Shown here piece after piece: positions 1-13,048 of a DNA stretch of 64,000 bases. A model generated the notes under the pieces. That model made no database searches. It had not been told where the DNA came from and saw only the letters and a list, made by a program, of their open reading frames with translations. The translations under genes were made by a program, and so were the position numbers. The DNA is from Octopus sinensis (taxonomy: Eukaryota). Within the stretch, counting starts at the first letter, position 1. Each line of letters starts with the position of its first letter. The stretch is from the NCBI RefSeq assembly GCF_006345805.1, contig NC_043005.1, positions 102,424,001-102,488,000 on the forward strand, in the 5' to 3' direction.

Positions 1-525
1 TTCTGGGACCAGGACGGAGTAGTGATGACAGATTTCCTGGCAAAGGGTACCACAATTGCAGGAGCCTATTATGCTTCACTTTTGAGGAAATTAAGAGAAG
101 TTATCAAAATCAAGAGGCGGGGCAAGATTAGCAAAGGCATCCTCCTCCTGCAGGACAACGCTCCGGTCCACAACTCGCTTGTCGCCAGATCAGAAGCACA
201 GGCGTATGGCTATGAACTCCTCCCCATCCCCCCTACTTTCCTGACCTTGAACCCTCTGATTTTCACCTCTTCCCAATCATGAAGTTGTTTTTGAAAGGAA
301 AGCGTTTCCCAGATGATGCAGCCTTGATTTCTGAAGTCACGTTGAGGTTGGAGGACCAAGCTGGGTTCTTCTACAAAAACAGTCTCCAGAGCCGCATGAA
401 ACGATGGGAGAAATGCCTAACTCTGAGTGGTTCCTATGTAGAAAATGACTAATAACTGTGCCAAGTTTCGTTGCTCTACTGCTATGGGAAGTGGGTCAGG
501 GGCATTACTTATTGAACGCCCCTCG
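1..525 (+). mobile_element. Mariner transposon 3' part (transposase C-terminus plus right TIR)
   Basis: Frame from nt 1 reads FWDQDGVVMTDFLAKGTTIAGAYYASLLRKLREVIKIKRRGKISKGILLLQDNAPVH. After one slip in a C-run it continues YFPDLEPSDFHLFPIMK...RWEKCLTLSGSYVEND* (stop 450-452), matching the mariner DNAPxH and YSPDLAPSDF motifs. Ends with the TIR-like ttattgaacgcccctcg followed by TA (526-527). Confidence 0.92.
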
Positions 526-533
526 TACATACA

Positions 534-880
534 TCTATATCTATAAAATTCACTGTGTGTGTATGTGTGTTTCCCCTATGCACGGCCAAACCGCTGGATA
601 AATCTGTACCAAATTTGCTATGGAGGTCTTTCATTACTTGTGGAAGGTTCTAGGACTAGCGGTCAAATTTTGGTACTTGCCCAGATAGGGATCTGTAGCC
701 ACACACCCTTACGGCCCTTCCGATTTTTTCAGCGGTATAATATTGTTTCAATTATATTCTTTCACTTTCAATAAGGCTATAATATTGTTTCACTTCCTGA
801 GCGAGTTCCTGTAATTTTATGATTATAATGCATTTATCCTGGTTGGAAGGAGACAATGTATTCGTAGGGTCATGCTTGAT
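534..880 (+). mobile_element. Non-autonomous Helitron-like element, 5' portion
   Basis: Begins A|TCTATATCTATAAAA, then a (TG)n tract and ggccaaaccgctggataaatctgtaccaaattt, a layout typical of non-autonomous Helitron 5' ends. The right boundary is uncertain. Confidence 0.45.
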
Positions 881-894
881 CATGTACCTATGTA

Positions 895-1290
895 TATAAA
901 TTCTTTTCTACTCTAGGCACAAGCCGAAAATTTTGGAGGAGAGGGCCAGTCGATTAGATCGATCCAGTACTTGTACTTAATTCATCGACCTCGAAAAGAT
1001 GAAACGCAAATTCGATCTCGGCGGAATTTGAACCCAGAACGTAGCGGCAGAAGAAATACCTATTTCTTTACTACCCACAATGGGCTAAACACAGAGAGGA
1101 CAAACAAGGACAGACACACGAATTAAGTCGAGTATATCGATCCCAGTGCGTAACCGGTACTTATTTAATCGACCCCGAAAGGATGAAACGCAAAGTTGAC
1201 CTCGCTGGAATTTGAACTCAGAAAGTAGCTGTAGACGAACTACCGCTAACGCCCGGTGTCCTAACGTTTCTGCCAGCTCGCTACCTTACC
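895..1290 (-). mobile_element. tRNA-derived SINE (composite, two core copies)
   Basis: The reverse strand has a tRNA-like head (gagctggcagaaacgttagg...gagttcaaattcc) and the core ctttgcgtttcatcctttcggggtcgatt twice. Same family as 43365-44185 and 61030-61210. Confidence 0.8.
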
Positions 1291-1374
1291 TATGTATATA
1301 TATTATATTTACATACATATACAGGTACACACATATATATGCATATATATAAACACACTCCTTGCAAATGTGGG

Positions 1375-1419
<45 letters not shown>

Positions 1420-2101
1420 TTGTTTGTGTGTGTGTGTCTGTGTCTGTGTCTGTGTCTGTGTCTGTGTGTTTGTGCGTCAGTGTCTGTGTGTGTATGTGTG
1501 TGTGTATTTAGACTGTATTACGTATCTTCTCAAGTTTACAAAAAGATAAAGCAGCACATTTCTTTTGAAAATACTTTTAATTTGCAACCTGAAATGGCCA
1601 CTGACTTAACACTACTCGTCTAACTAAAAAAGGATTACCCATTGGATGTATTTGTGAGAGGAGTGTTTAGATTTTATGTCAAGTTTAGTACGTAATGGTG
1701 TACGCAGAGTGTCTTTATTTATATTTGTGCATTTTTATGTGGTAATGTGTGAGATATGTTATAGACATGTTCATGAGTATAGGGTAAGTTTGCTTAAGTT
1801 TGTGTGGACAAACTAGCTTTATTTCAATGTCTATGAAGTTGGTTTATTTGAATTCGCTCTGTATTTAAAATTGTTAAGCTGATTATTAATGGTGCCAACA
1901 TAAGAAAAGAGCAAATATGTGAGGCATAAACATTTTTGTTAATGCATTTTTCATTTGATGGTCAGTTAGGGATACATGGTGCTGAATAGAGTTGCTTTTA
2001 TTAAGATACACTTGGTGCTGCGGTTTCGATTATGCATTGAGCGTTTGATGTTTATGCTAGATGTCGCGTACAGCAGGAAAGGATATCATTATATGCGTGC
2101 C

Positions 2102-2135
<34 letters not shown>

Positions 2136-2562
2136 AATAAGGGTAGAAATTGATAGTAATCAATTAAAACCAGTGGCTTAGCATATCTTAAAAAAAGTTA
2201 AATTTTGTATATATAGTTAATATAAGAAAATGGAGAAGAAATATATTTAATTTTATTTGTATCACGATGAAAACACATTGAATCATGATATACATATAAT
2301 ATTTAAAGGAACAGAATCAACATAAGAAATAAGCATAACAGATACCTGCACATGTTTCGGCCACTAGGTGAACATTGCTTCTGATCATTAGGATTCGAAC
2401 CATGTTAAATATAAAAGAACCCCACAGTATGACCAGATTTCATCAAGGCGAATGCTTACATAATGGAGTCCACCTAGTGGCCGGTTCGGAAAAATGTGTA
2501 GGCACCTTTTATAGTTATTTTTTATGTTGAATCTGTTCGGTTAAATCTTATATGTATAACAT

Positions 2563-2870
2563 TGTTACCCCCGCCTTAGCGATGGCGGCGGAACTGTTTT
2601 CAGTCGTGTTTGTTTGTTCGTTTGCCTATAGACAAAATGTCTCAAGAACCGCAAGATGGATTAGAATGAAACTTTCGGGGAAGTCTTGCCTCGTGATTGG
2701 CATGATCTGATTAAATTTTGGGATCGATCCGATACCGGACAAAGATTCTAGATAATTTTTCCTTTCTATTTTACCTAAATTTTGAGAGCGGTCGCGTTCA
2801 TTTTTAGTATTCTCGTTTGTGAGAGCAGTCAAGTTTATTTCAGCTATTCCCATTTTAAAAATCATCTCTG
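2563..2870 (+). mobile_element. Helentron-associated (DINE/HINE-like) non-autonomous element
   Basis: Terminal hairpin ccgcc-ttagcgat-ggcgg, then a gtttgtttgttcgttt microsatellite and ctcaagaaccgcaagatggattagaatgaaactttcggg, the usual architecture of these elements. Confidence 0.45.
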
Positions 2871-3141
2871 GCTAATCTTTGAAAGGATTTTGGTGTTGGC
2901 TTGGCAGAGATTTGTTCTCTATGAGTCCTCGTATTTAATGTTTTCATCGTGATACAAATAAAATTAAATAGTATCCACTATATTTCTTCTTCATTTTGTT
3001 ATATTAACGTAACACAATATTGGATAGTTTATCACTATATATCGTGGGACTTTCTCTCAATATATCAATTAATAACAACAGTTCATATCCGGATTTTAAA
3101 AAACCTAACGAGGAAATTATAGCCAAAATTGGGACTCGCTC

Positions 3142-3231
3142 TCTCTCTCTCTCTCTCTCTCTTTCTTTCATTCTTTCTCTCTCTCTCTCTTTCTTTCATT
3201 CTTTCTCTCTCTCTCTCTTTCTTTCTTTCAT

Positions 3232-3267
<36 letters not shown>
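3142..3267. repeat. (TC)n/(TCTT) compound microsatellite
   Basis: Directly visible; it produces the spurious poly-SL and poly-ER ORFs. Confidence 0.95.
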
Positions 3268-3268
<1 letters not shown>

Positions 3269-3539
3269 ATTCGAAACACTCATTGAGTCGAAGCAGGGGC
3301 AGCTGATGAAGGCGAATATTCGTTGTATTGTTTGTCTTGTACTCTGTTTTTTTCGTTGTTAAAAAAAGGCCGTTTCCTTGTTTGATTTTGTTTTCGTTTC
3401 TTGTTGTGTTCTACGTTTCTTTGTGGTGTCCTGTACTCATATATGCATGTATATATACATATAGATGTAGGTATGTATATATATGTATGTATGCATATGT
3501 TCTATTTATTAAATTGTTGTATATATATATATATATAGT

Positions 3540-3745
3540 TAATCCAAACAAGAAAACACAAAAAACACAACAACGCGAGGACGTGGAACAAATATAGTAT
3601 TATTGGACGCTCAGGAAAGGAGGAAAGGAGGAGGGTTCAACATTTCGAGCGGAGCTCTTCGTCGGAAAAATAGGAGAAGGAAAGATCCAGAGAAGGGAAG
3701 ACAGAGGAAAAATATCGCCAACGGTACATACGAGGTCACATTTTG
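3540..3745 (-). mobile_element. Short PLE-tail-like repeat carrying a degenerate hammerhead motif
   Basis: Minus strand: CCGACGA-A-GAGC-TCC-GCTC-GAAA-TGTT followed by ttcctgagcgtccaataatac. Homologous to 41262-41465, 24775-24975 and 17500-17705. Confidence 0.6.
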
Positions 3746-5273
3746 ATATGTATATATATAGAGAGAAAGAAAGAGATACATAGAGAGTCAGAAAGATAGA
3801 TGAAGAGAAAGATAGTTATGGATTGAGATCTCTACCCAAACACACACGCACATATATGCACATAATTATATAAAATATATATAAAACTCGTATTGGTTTC
3901 TTAAGTCAGGAAAACGGAGCACTCACCATTAGTTTGTAGAGTGGGTATATATATATATATATACTGGAGAACAAATTACTTATGTAGTGAAAATAATTAA
4001 ATATAGATCTGAATATCCAATGGAAAATGTGCAGCTTGGGTTAATTTGTACTGGACGTTCGACAGTACACAGCCAGTCAACAAGTTAAAAATTATTTCGT
4101 CCTGAAAAGAACATAACCAAACAATAGACATGGCAATCTATTGTCTGTTCAAGTACTTCCAACAATATATTTCTTACATTAGCTGGTGCAGTTAAATTTG
4201 CACCTAGTGAAACGTGCTATTGTATAAAATAGCATTTTTGCATGTCTATGCGAGTGGGGTAGAGTGAAGAGTGTGGAAAAGAAAGAGATAAATAGAGAGG
4301 TGGTGGTGAAGTAGACAGTCTGCGGAGGGATAAGTGTTTTTTTTTAGTAATGTGGAAATATCTTTATGATAAGTAGTAACAAAAAAAGGTGAAAGGAAAA
4401 ATAGAGATGAGAAAATGTAGGGATGTGAATGAAGAAGGAAACGTATAAAAGAAGGGGAGGGGTATACGAGTAGCAGGGAATTTGATGTGAGAAGAGGTGG
4501 GAAGTTGGGTATGGAATTCAGGATGAATGTAAGAACTGATGAACACTAAGAGTGAAAATGCCAGCATTTAATATTAAGGTGGACACACCCAATCAAATAT
4601 AATATATTATCTGTCCTGAAATATGCTTGGGAGAAAGCTTGTTGTTTAAAATGCAGTAAGTCACTCGATTGAAATATATTCTTCTTCGTAATTCTTTCCT
4701 ACACCATTCGGGACCTGTACCTGGTGCTTTTGTTGAGATTGGATGTGCAATTTTTCAACAATGGCCAGTTGGCAACTTTATGATTTTCCGTTTTTTTTTG
4801 TTTTTGATTTTGAAAGATCTGGATTTCAAGGGCCGTCTGTTGCTCTTACAAATCACTGTAAACATACCACCAGATTACGTGTTATATTGCAGACATCGTG
4901 AAATGTCTTCTGTTCAATAAATAGTAAATGAGTAGAAAAGTCGATGTTATACAGCACCTGGGTTACAAACAGATAGCAGAAAAGAAGCTAATATATATAT
5001 TGAGATAACTGAACTAACATTCAAAAATCGATTTTATAAACACAAATATTTGTTTTACTTGATAAAAATATTCGCTACGGTTTTATCGAAAATTATGGCT
5101 GGTGCGTGAGACAAGTACTTACGAATGCAGAATTATCTAATTGATTGTAGATAAGGCACAACCTTATAGGAAGTGTAAGTTCAAATAAAAAAAACATGCG
5201 GTATGAGGTGTTGAGTGAAAATGTGGCCTCATGGCTAGCATTTTGAACAAAACAATTTCCATCTTTTCAATAG

Positions 5274-5350
5274 TCAAAACTATTGAAAAGGTTGCAAGAC
5301 AACGATAATATTAGGAAAATAAAAATAAGAAATAAGTGGAAATATTACCG
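5274..5350 (+). CDS. Candidate internal exon of an unidentified host gene
   Basis: Acceptor tttccatcttttcaatAG and donor CG|GTGAGT. Only frame 0 is open (SKLLKRLQDNDNIRKIKIRNKWKYY+CG). No homology recognised. Confidence 0.4.
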
Positions 5351-5460
5351 GTGAGTGTGTTAAATTATAAGGTACAAAAAAAATGACTCTCCCCAGACAC
5401 GACAGAATATGCTTCAGCACACGAACTCATATGAAGAATCTTGCAAACCAAATCCAAAAA

Positions 5461-5540
<80 letters not shown>

Positions 5541-6350
5541 AAGTATATATCTATATATACAGATACAGACACAAACACACACACATATATGTGTGCGTGT
5601 GTGTGCGTGCGTGCGTATTTGTGTGTGCATTTTTTTGTATGTGTATATGCATATACATAGATGCGCACAAACACATACACTGACACACATATGCGATTAT
5701 TGATTCAAAGGTAATACTTAACAATGCAAGTCAATGTAGAAAGTTTGACTCCGCTTGCTTGAAATTTAAGACGAGAGCCAGAAGCGAGATGAAAAACGGG
5801 AGGAGAGGCAATCGTTTTCTCTTGTATCGCTTGCAAGGTTGTTTTTTTTTTGCTAAAAAGATAAACGTTTCAAAAAGATAAGCGTTAGAATGATAATCGC
5901 TTTCTTCATAAGTTTCATGTAACATTTGAAAACTATTTTCAAGAGGCAAGTTCAGCATATTGAGATAATCAACGGAATGATGGTTGACGTATAACTCAGA
6001 CTACAGGAATTAGGGACCTTTCAGTTGTGCTATTTTAAACAATACTCTACATTTATGCAGCTTTCAAAAATATAAGTACAGCTAATGTTTAATATCTGAG
6101 GAAAATTTATTTTGCCTCACACAACGTCTATATCTCCTCTATTACACGACGCATACACATGCACAAACACACGCACACACACACGCACACACACACACAC
6201 ACTCACACTCACACACACACGTGCATGCACACAGAGATGTAAATGTATATACAGATGTATATATATTTACACAAGTGTGTTTGTGTGTGCATATTCATGT
6301 GCACATATATGTAATTATACACACACACACACATACACACACACACACAC

Positions 6351-6445
<95 letters not shown>

Positions 6446-7232
6446 ATATCTGTATGTGCGTATATACTTATGTATGTAAGCATCAATTTATGTTTGTATA
6501 AGGCAGTTTCAGACACAGAGGATAAGAATAGAGGTTTTATAGAAATGCCAAATGAAGCAAGAGGGATTATATAAACAATTTTGTTTTGTTATATTTGGAG
6601 GCAATTCTCATTTGAATGTTTCACTGATTTGGTGCGATCAGCGATCTGTTTAGAAATTGCTATGGAGTTCTTTGAAAAGTTATTCCCCAATGAAAACAAC
6701 AAATATTTACAAGCGTCTCACTGCAAGCAAAATTTAAGTGATAGGATTATATTGTCGAAAACTTTGAAAATTTCACCATTCCACCCCATACAAAGTGCCA
6801 CTAGATACCACACAAACAATAACACAGATATGTGACTCATAAGATACAGCTTCATCTATAAAAACATACATTCAAATTATATCCAGCTAACTCTCGATAT
6901 TCATGTGTGTGCGTGTGTGCATTTGTGTGAATTAGTGTGTATATATAAGTGAATGCAAATATATATTTTTGGATATGCATATATACATACATGTGCCCAC
7001 GCACACTCATATATTAACACATAAATATACATCTATATCTATCTATCTATCTATATATATATATATATATATGTATATGTATCTATATATATATGTATAT
7101 ATATATATATTATATATATATTATATATATATATATACATACATATCATAACACATATAAGCAAATAAAAATCAATGTACGCATATGTATATATATATAT
7201 ATATATATACATACATACATACACACTCACAT

Positions 7233-7267
<35 letters not shown>

Positions 7268-7603
7268 AGTATATATATATTTGTATATATATATATACAC
7301 ACATATATATATAAGCACTTACACAAATATGAGATCAATGGAATAACCTTCTAATATATTTACATATTCCTCTTTATATTTATATTAAAATATTAAAATA
7401 TTTTACAGCTAGTGCAGTTCGTCGTGTGTATTTACATTATAAAATGTATTCACGCTGGTATTTACATACACACATACATGCATACACATAGGCATACACA
7501 CTATTGTAAATATATTTATATATATATAAATGTATACCTACACACACATATATATATAGCTAACTCTCGCACACACACACATCTACACACATGCGCACAT
7601 ATA

Positions 7604-8075
7604 TCAGGTCATCCTATAAGTTCTGTCCGTATTTTGAATAAAGAAAACAAGTGATCAAATGTTATATTTAATTGAAATTCCATCAATGTAAAACCCTTTT
7701 GGTTTCAAAGCGAAGAACTCTGGAATTTCCGTTTCGACCTCCACCTGGCTTGCGAAAGTTATGTCCCACAAATGATTCTGTAAACTACGAAACAAATGGT
7801 AGTCTGAAGGAGCATGGTCGGGAGAATAAGGTGAATGAGAAATTTTTTCCGAACCAAGCTCTTCAATTTTCTATGATATGATCTTTGCAGTGTCGAATCG
7901 CGCATTGTCCTGATGAAACATCACTCCTTTTCGTTTCACTAAAGCGGGTCTATTCTTCTCCAAAGCTTGGTTCAAACGCTCTAAATGCTGACAGTAGACT
8001 TGGGCATTGATTGTTGCATTAGGTGGAAACAATTCAAAGTGAATTACTCCTTTGCAATCCCAGCACATAGAGAGA
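7604..8075 (-). mobile_element. Mariner relic (transposase C-terminus plus TIR), interrupted by a SINE
   Basis: Minus strand reads WDCKGVIHFELFPPNATINAQVYCQHLERLNQAL...VMFHQDNAR and, after a stop, HSPYSPDHAPSDYHLFRSLQNHL. The TIR-like tcaggtcatcctataagttctgtccg follows TA at 7602-7603. Confidence 0.88.
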
Positions 8076-8084
8076 ACATACACA

Positions 8085-8478
8085 TATCTTTTACTTGTTT
8101 CAGTCATTTGACTGCGGCCACGCTGGAGCACCGTCTTTAGTCGAGCAAATCGACCCCAGGACTTATACTTTGTAAGCCTAGTACTTATTCTATCGGTCTC
8201 TTTTTGCCGAACCGTTAAGTTACGGGGACGTAAACACACCAGCATCGGGTGTCAAGCAATGTTGGTGGGACAAACACAGACACACAAACATATATACACA
8301 CATACATATACACATATACGTCGGGCTTCTTTCAGTTTCCGTCTACCAAATCCACTCACAAGGCTTTGGTCGGCCCGTGGCTATAGTAGGAGGCACTTGT
8401 CCAAGGTGCCACGCAGTGGGACTGAACCCGGAACCATGTAGTTGGTAAGCAAGCTACTTACCACACAGCCACTCCTAT
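8085..8478 (-). mobile_element. Octopus-type tRNA-derived SINE (near full length)
   Basis: Minus-strand head ggagtggctgtgtggtaagtagcttgct...ggttcagtccc (A and B boxes), ttggacaagtgcc core and ...gactgaaacaagtaaaag tail. Same family at 28450-28872, 17975-18120, 61750-62010 and 62370-62765. Confidence 0.85.
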
Positions 8479-8918
8479 ATGTCGATATAATAAAACTTAA
8501 GTGGAATCAGCCTGATGTGAAAATCAAGTATTCCACAAATGTACTCATTTCTATGAGTTAAATTGGATTCATAAATATACCAGACCGAATTGCTATGTTA
8601 CTAACTGGCGTATCCTGTGTGGAGAGCATTAAGTCCATTCTGACAAAACTATAGATGGAGAAATTACCTGATTCACGTTTGGGTATATTTTAATGTACAA
8701 AATGTATTGAAAGTTAAACAGAAACGAAAAGTGTTCATCGAGAATGTATTTCTATAAATTTATTGTCGCATGAAATTTTCATGGCTTCATCGTAGGCAAG
8801 TTTTGATAAGAATACTTTATTTCTACGAAACATTTCCTAGATATGTATTTAAACATTTTAGCATTGATACATACAAACATGCAAACAAACATACGTACAT
8901 ACACACGTATATATATAT

Positions 8919-8952
<34 letters not shown>

Positions 8953-9586
8953 GATATATATATATATATATATGCATGCATACGCACATATATACAGGCA
9001 TACATGTATTCGCCAATATACATACACAAACACACATATGTACATATAACACACACATATAGAGAGAGGGAGAAGGAAAGAGAGGAAGAGAATGCGAGTG
9101 AGAGAGAGAGAGAGAAAAGAGAGTGAGTGAGGCATAGCGTTGTAGGCTATCTAAAGTTTCTCGTCAAGTAGTTTTAAACAGGAAATGAACATAGATGTAC
9201 ATTATCCAGATATTATGCTTGATCTTTCATTTCTGAATGTATACATCTATATTCATACACATCTATGCATGTATGTATTTTGTGCGTGTATATGTATATA
9301 CACAAATATATGTATGTATATCTATTTATCTGCCTAATTGTCTCTCTATCTCTCTCTCCCATTCTCTCTCTCTCTATATATATACATGCATATATATATA
9401 TATATATATACACATATATATATATATATATACACATACCTATATACATATATATATATATATATATACATACATACATACATATATACATACATACATA
9501 CATACATACGTATATATATATATATATATATATACAAGCGCCCTCTAACACACACGCATGTATAGATACACATGATCAACATCCAC

Positions 9587-9671
<85 letters not shown>

Positions 9672-9789
9672 CATGTGTGTTTATGTGCGTTGTGTGTGTT
9701 TGTGTGTGCCTTTATGTGCATTGTATGTGTAAGTGCATATATTGCGTGATCAATGAATAAATCAAAAAGTAAAACGACCATAGATGAGA

Positions 9790-10315
9790 AACAAGTGTAA
9801 AAAAATATCATATCAGTTAAACGCTTTGAGAAAGATAAAGTGCATTGACATTTCGAACACTATTCCTTCATCAGAGGACGCTATGGCAGTAAAATCCAGA
9901 AATATGAAACTGAAAAATTGCTCGAGCGTAGATAAAAATAAAAGGGCGAGTGGTTAGAGACCTTGTGATTATGCGGTTCTATGGGAAGAGTTAAAAATAG
10001 AGGAACGGATATGCGGGCGATCTGTAGAGGGGTGATTCTATGTTTTAAGATGAGCAGATGTGGGGGAGCAGATGTGTGTAAGGGCGGGCTTATAGTAGCG
10101 TATGGTAGTGATGGAATGGGTTGCTGGTGTACATGTAGTCAAGTGTGTGTGAGGAAACGCGAGTGTTAGGAGGTGGGAGCGGAAGCTAGTGTGAAATATA
10201 AGAGAAAATATGTGTTGGATGATAGGGGTGCATGTAGGGTTATGAGTATCAGATGATATAACATGGATGATAGTTATGAAGATTGGTGGAGTTTGAAGGT
10301 GTCTTACTATCTAAC
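9790..10315 (-). mobile_element. Degenerate Penelope-like relic with hammerhead-like tail
   Basis: C/T-rich minus-strand sequence with a decayed SSIFNSSHRTA*SQGL* segment (weakly like PLE IFxLxTxxPxGLN), followed by CTGATGA-AGGAATAGTGTTC-GAAA-TGTC at 9845-9880. Confidence 0.4.
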
Positions 10316-10340
10316 TATATGTATATCTATTGTTGTATAC

Positions 10341-10377
<37 letters not shown>

Positions 10378-10419
10378 TATGTACACACATATACACATAT
10401 ATACATATAATATATATAT

Positions 10420-10855
10420 TATTGTCGGTCCTTCTCGAGTCACACCTGGCTCATAGGGCCGGTTTCCCGGTTTCCTTGGCGTATAGGTTTCCCACCTGGA
10501 CTGGATGCCGGTCCATCGCAGGTGAGCTGCAAAATGCAGGAGGCAAGAGTGAGAGAAAGTTGTGGCCAAAGAGTCAGCAGAAGTTCGTCATTACCTTCTG
10601 CCGGAGCCACGTGGAGCTGAGGTGTTTCGCTCATAAACACACACATCGGCCGGTCTGAGATTCGCACCCGCGCTCCCTCGATCGCTAACTACTAGGCCAT
10701 GTGCCTCCACTAAATGTTCCTTCTCGAGCTATGCCAGGCTCATAAGGTCCGGTTTCCCAGTTTCAGTGGCGTAGAAATTCCCCACCAGGACGGGACGCAA
10801 GTCCGTGGGAGGATTACTCATTTTCCCAGCTGAGTGGACTGGAGCAACGTGAATA
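10420..10855 (-). mobile_element. tRNA-derived SINE plus adjacent SINE tail fragment
   Basis: Minus-strand head gtggaggcacatggcctagtag...; shares the aagagtgagagaaagttgtgg block with 17085-17378. A second related tail lies at 10715-10855. Confidence 0.7.
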
Positions 10856-10859
10856 TATA

Positions 10860-11290
10860 GATGTTAGGGATGATGTAGTCGCAGAAATTTTTTCACAGCT
10901 ATGACTGGGTTCTGCTCCTTGTGTGGCAAACTGCAGAGTCATGTTGCTAGACATTGCGTCTTCGCGCAGCCACTTTCTTGACCCAGGGTGGCACCACTTC
11001 CTTCAGGCACTTGAGTCTCAGGCTGTGTGGGACAATGAATGGAAGCACAACGGCGCTATCACTAGTTATCCCTCCAGCATCATGATGTTGATTGGATGTT
11101 TGATTTTTATCACTATCGGTACACGTTTCGGGGATTCAGATTGACACCCAACACTCTGCAATGTTCGCATTGGAACTTCCGGTGCAAATGCCAAGCAGTA
11201 CAGCATGGCGTCTCCAAATTTCTGGCAAAGTTAATTGCGTCATGGTGCAGTTTTTCTCACAGACAGTATCCAACCGATCCTACTATACTG
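10860..11290 (-). mobile_element. Internally deleted Tc1/maT-like transposase relic
   Basis: Minus-strand pieces: MTQLTLPEIWRRHAVLLGI, KIKHPINIMML..ITSD..VVLPFI.PHSLRL, CLKEVVPPWVKKVA...QHDSAVCHTRSRTQS...KNFCDYIIPN. Confidence 0.75.
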
Positions 11291-11388
11291 TGTAATGGAC
11301 AAAATCAAAAACAAACCAGGTGCATGAGCGAAATTTATAAAATATAACATGGCGACTATCTATCCCTCACAACCTGTAAATCTGTGTT

Positions 11389-11440
<52 letters not shown>

Positions 11441-11696
11441 TATATATAACTCTATCTATCTATATCTATATCTATATACATGTATATATGTATGCATGTG
11501 TGTGTATATGTATATACATCTATGAATGTATATTTGCATACATATATGTACATACATATCGACATATATACACATATATATGTGTGTGTATATAAGTCGG
11601 TAGTATATACTTACACACACACACACATGCATACACATAAGCACATATACACATATATACGTAGTATCTATAGTTTCTATATTCATACACTCACAC

Positions 11697-11782
<86 letters not shown>

Positions 11783-11877
11783 GCTTAAGAATAAACCGAT
11801 AATCATGCAGCCACATTGATATATGGGTGAGTGGATCGATGCATGGCTTCATAGTTTAAACATATTCTTTTATTCAG

Positions 11878-12005
11878 AAATCCTCCGTCGTCTTCAGCGA
11901 ATTACATATTTTAATCCTCTTTATCTTCAGTATAGCCTCGAGTCTTTCGAAGCTAAAAGTTGAGCAGAAATTATTGCACAGTTCTCTAGCAATGCTGTTT
12001 CATGC
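11878..12005 (+). CDS. Weak candidate exon
   Basis: Good acceptor catattcttttattcAG. Frame 0 is open to the donor GC|GTAAAT (KSSVVFSELHILILFIFSIASSLSKLKVEQKLLHSSLAMLFH). Another frame reads ILRRLQRITYFNPLYLQYSLESFEAK. The frame is ambiguous. Confidence 0.2.
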
Positions 12006-12902
12006 GTAAATGATGGCATTATACAAAGGATGCAGTTTTAATGGCGATTCATTGAAGCAACACTAAATATGTAGGAAATCAGCTGAAATGTATTTATGTA
12101 AATTTGATAAATGAAGACCATGCCAATGAATTGCATGAACTTAATGTAGCTCGTTGTATTCAGAAAAATTTTATGACATTCAGTGTGTCTTCAACATGTT
12201 TCATTATCATTTTCCGAGTATCCAGTTGGGAGCAAAACTGTATGCGCAAGTAAACGGATTTAAATTATATTTACTGTTAAATCTAAAATTCCATAATGGT
12301 TTCTCAACGTGTAAATTGCATCCATTCATGCTTTCGTCCGGAATTAATTATCAAAAATCTCATTTCTAAAACGACGTGTTGATAGCGAGAGAAATCGACC
12401 TGCTGATTCTAGGTATCACCTGAAAGGTAAATTCACAAGTTTACTCCCATGAGAGCAATCTCGTACGAATTATTGTGACATATACACTCTATGTTCTTAA
12501 ACATGTAGCTATGTATACGGCAATATGAACAGTTTTTGTTGCTAATGTTTCATGATTTTTTCCATTATATATCTTTAAGGTATAGCAATCAGTAAAACTT
12601 TTCCTTAAGCTGGAGAACGTCAAAAACAAATCTCAATTACTGGCATACTTGAATAATCTATAAAATATAACCTGGATATTTCAACGAAACAGCCGAAATT
12701 ATAATCAGGGCCTTGCGTAGAACATCACATTTCTTCTCAATATAGCATACCACTTAATTTCTAAATACTTTTAAATAACAATCTTACAGTTTTGATAAAC
12801 ACTAGTATTTTATTGTTTAGCATTTCTATATTTTCATGTCATATGTTCAGAGGTCAATCGTTTGTGATATTATTTATAAACCTATTGATCTATATATAGT
12901 GA

Positions 12903-12971
<69 letters not shown>

Positions 12972-13003
12972 GTCTGTCTATCTATCTATCTATAGATAGA
13001 TAA

Positions 13004-13048
<45 letters not shown>
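12903..13048. repeat. (CTAT)n followed by (ATAG)n tetranucleotide arrays
   Basis: Directly visible; the two arrays are reverse complements of each other. Confidence 0.9.

Noticed and set aside
4640-4920. Possible Tc1-like fragment on the minus strand
   Set aside because: Only vague similarity, with no catalytic motif or TIR.
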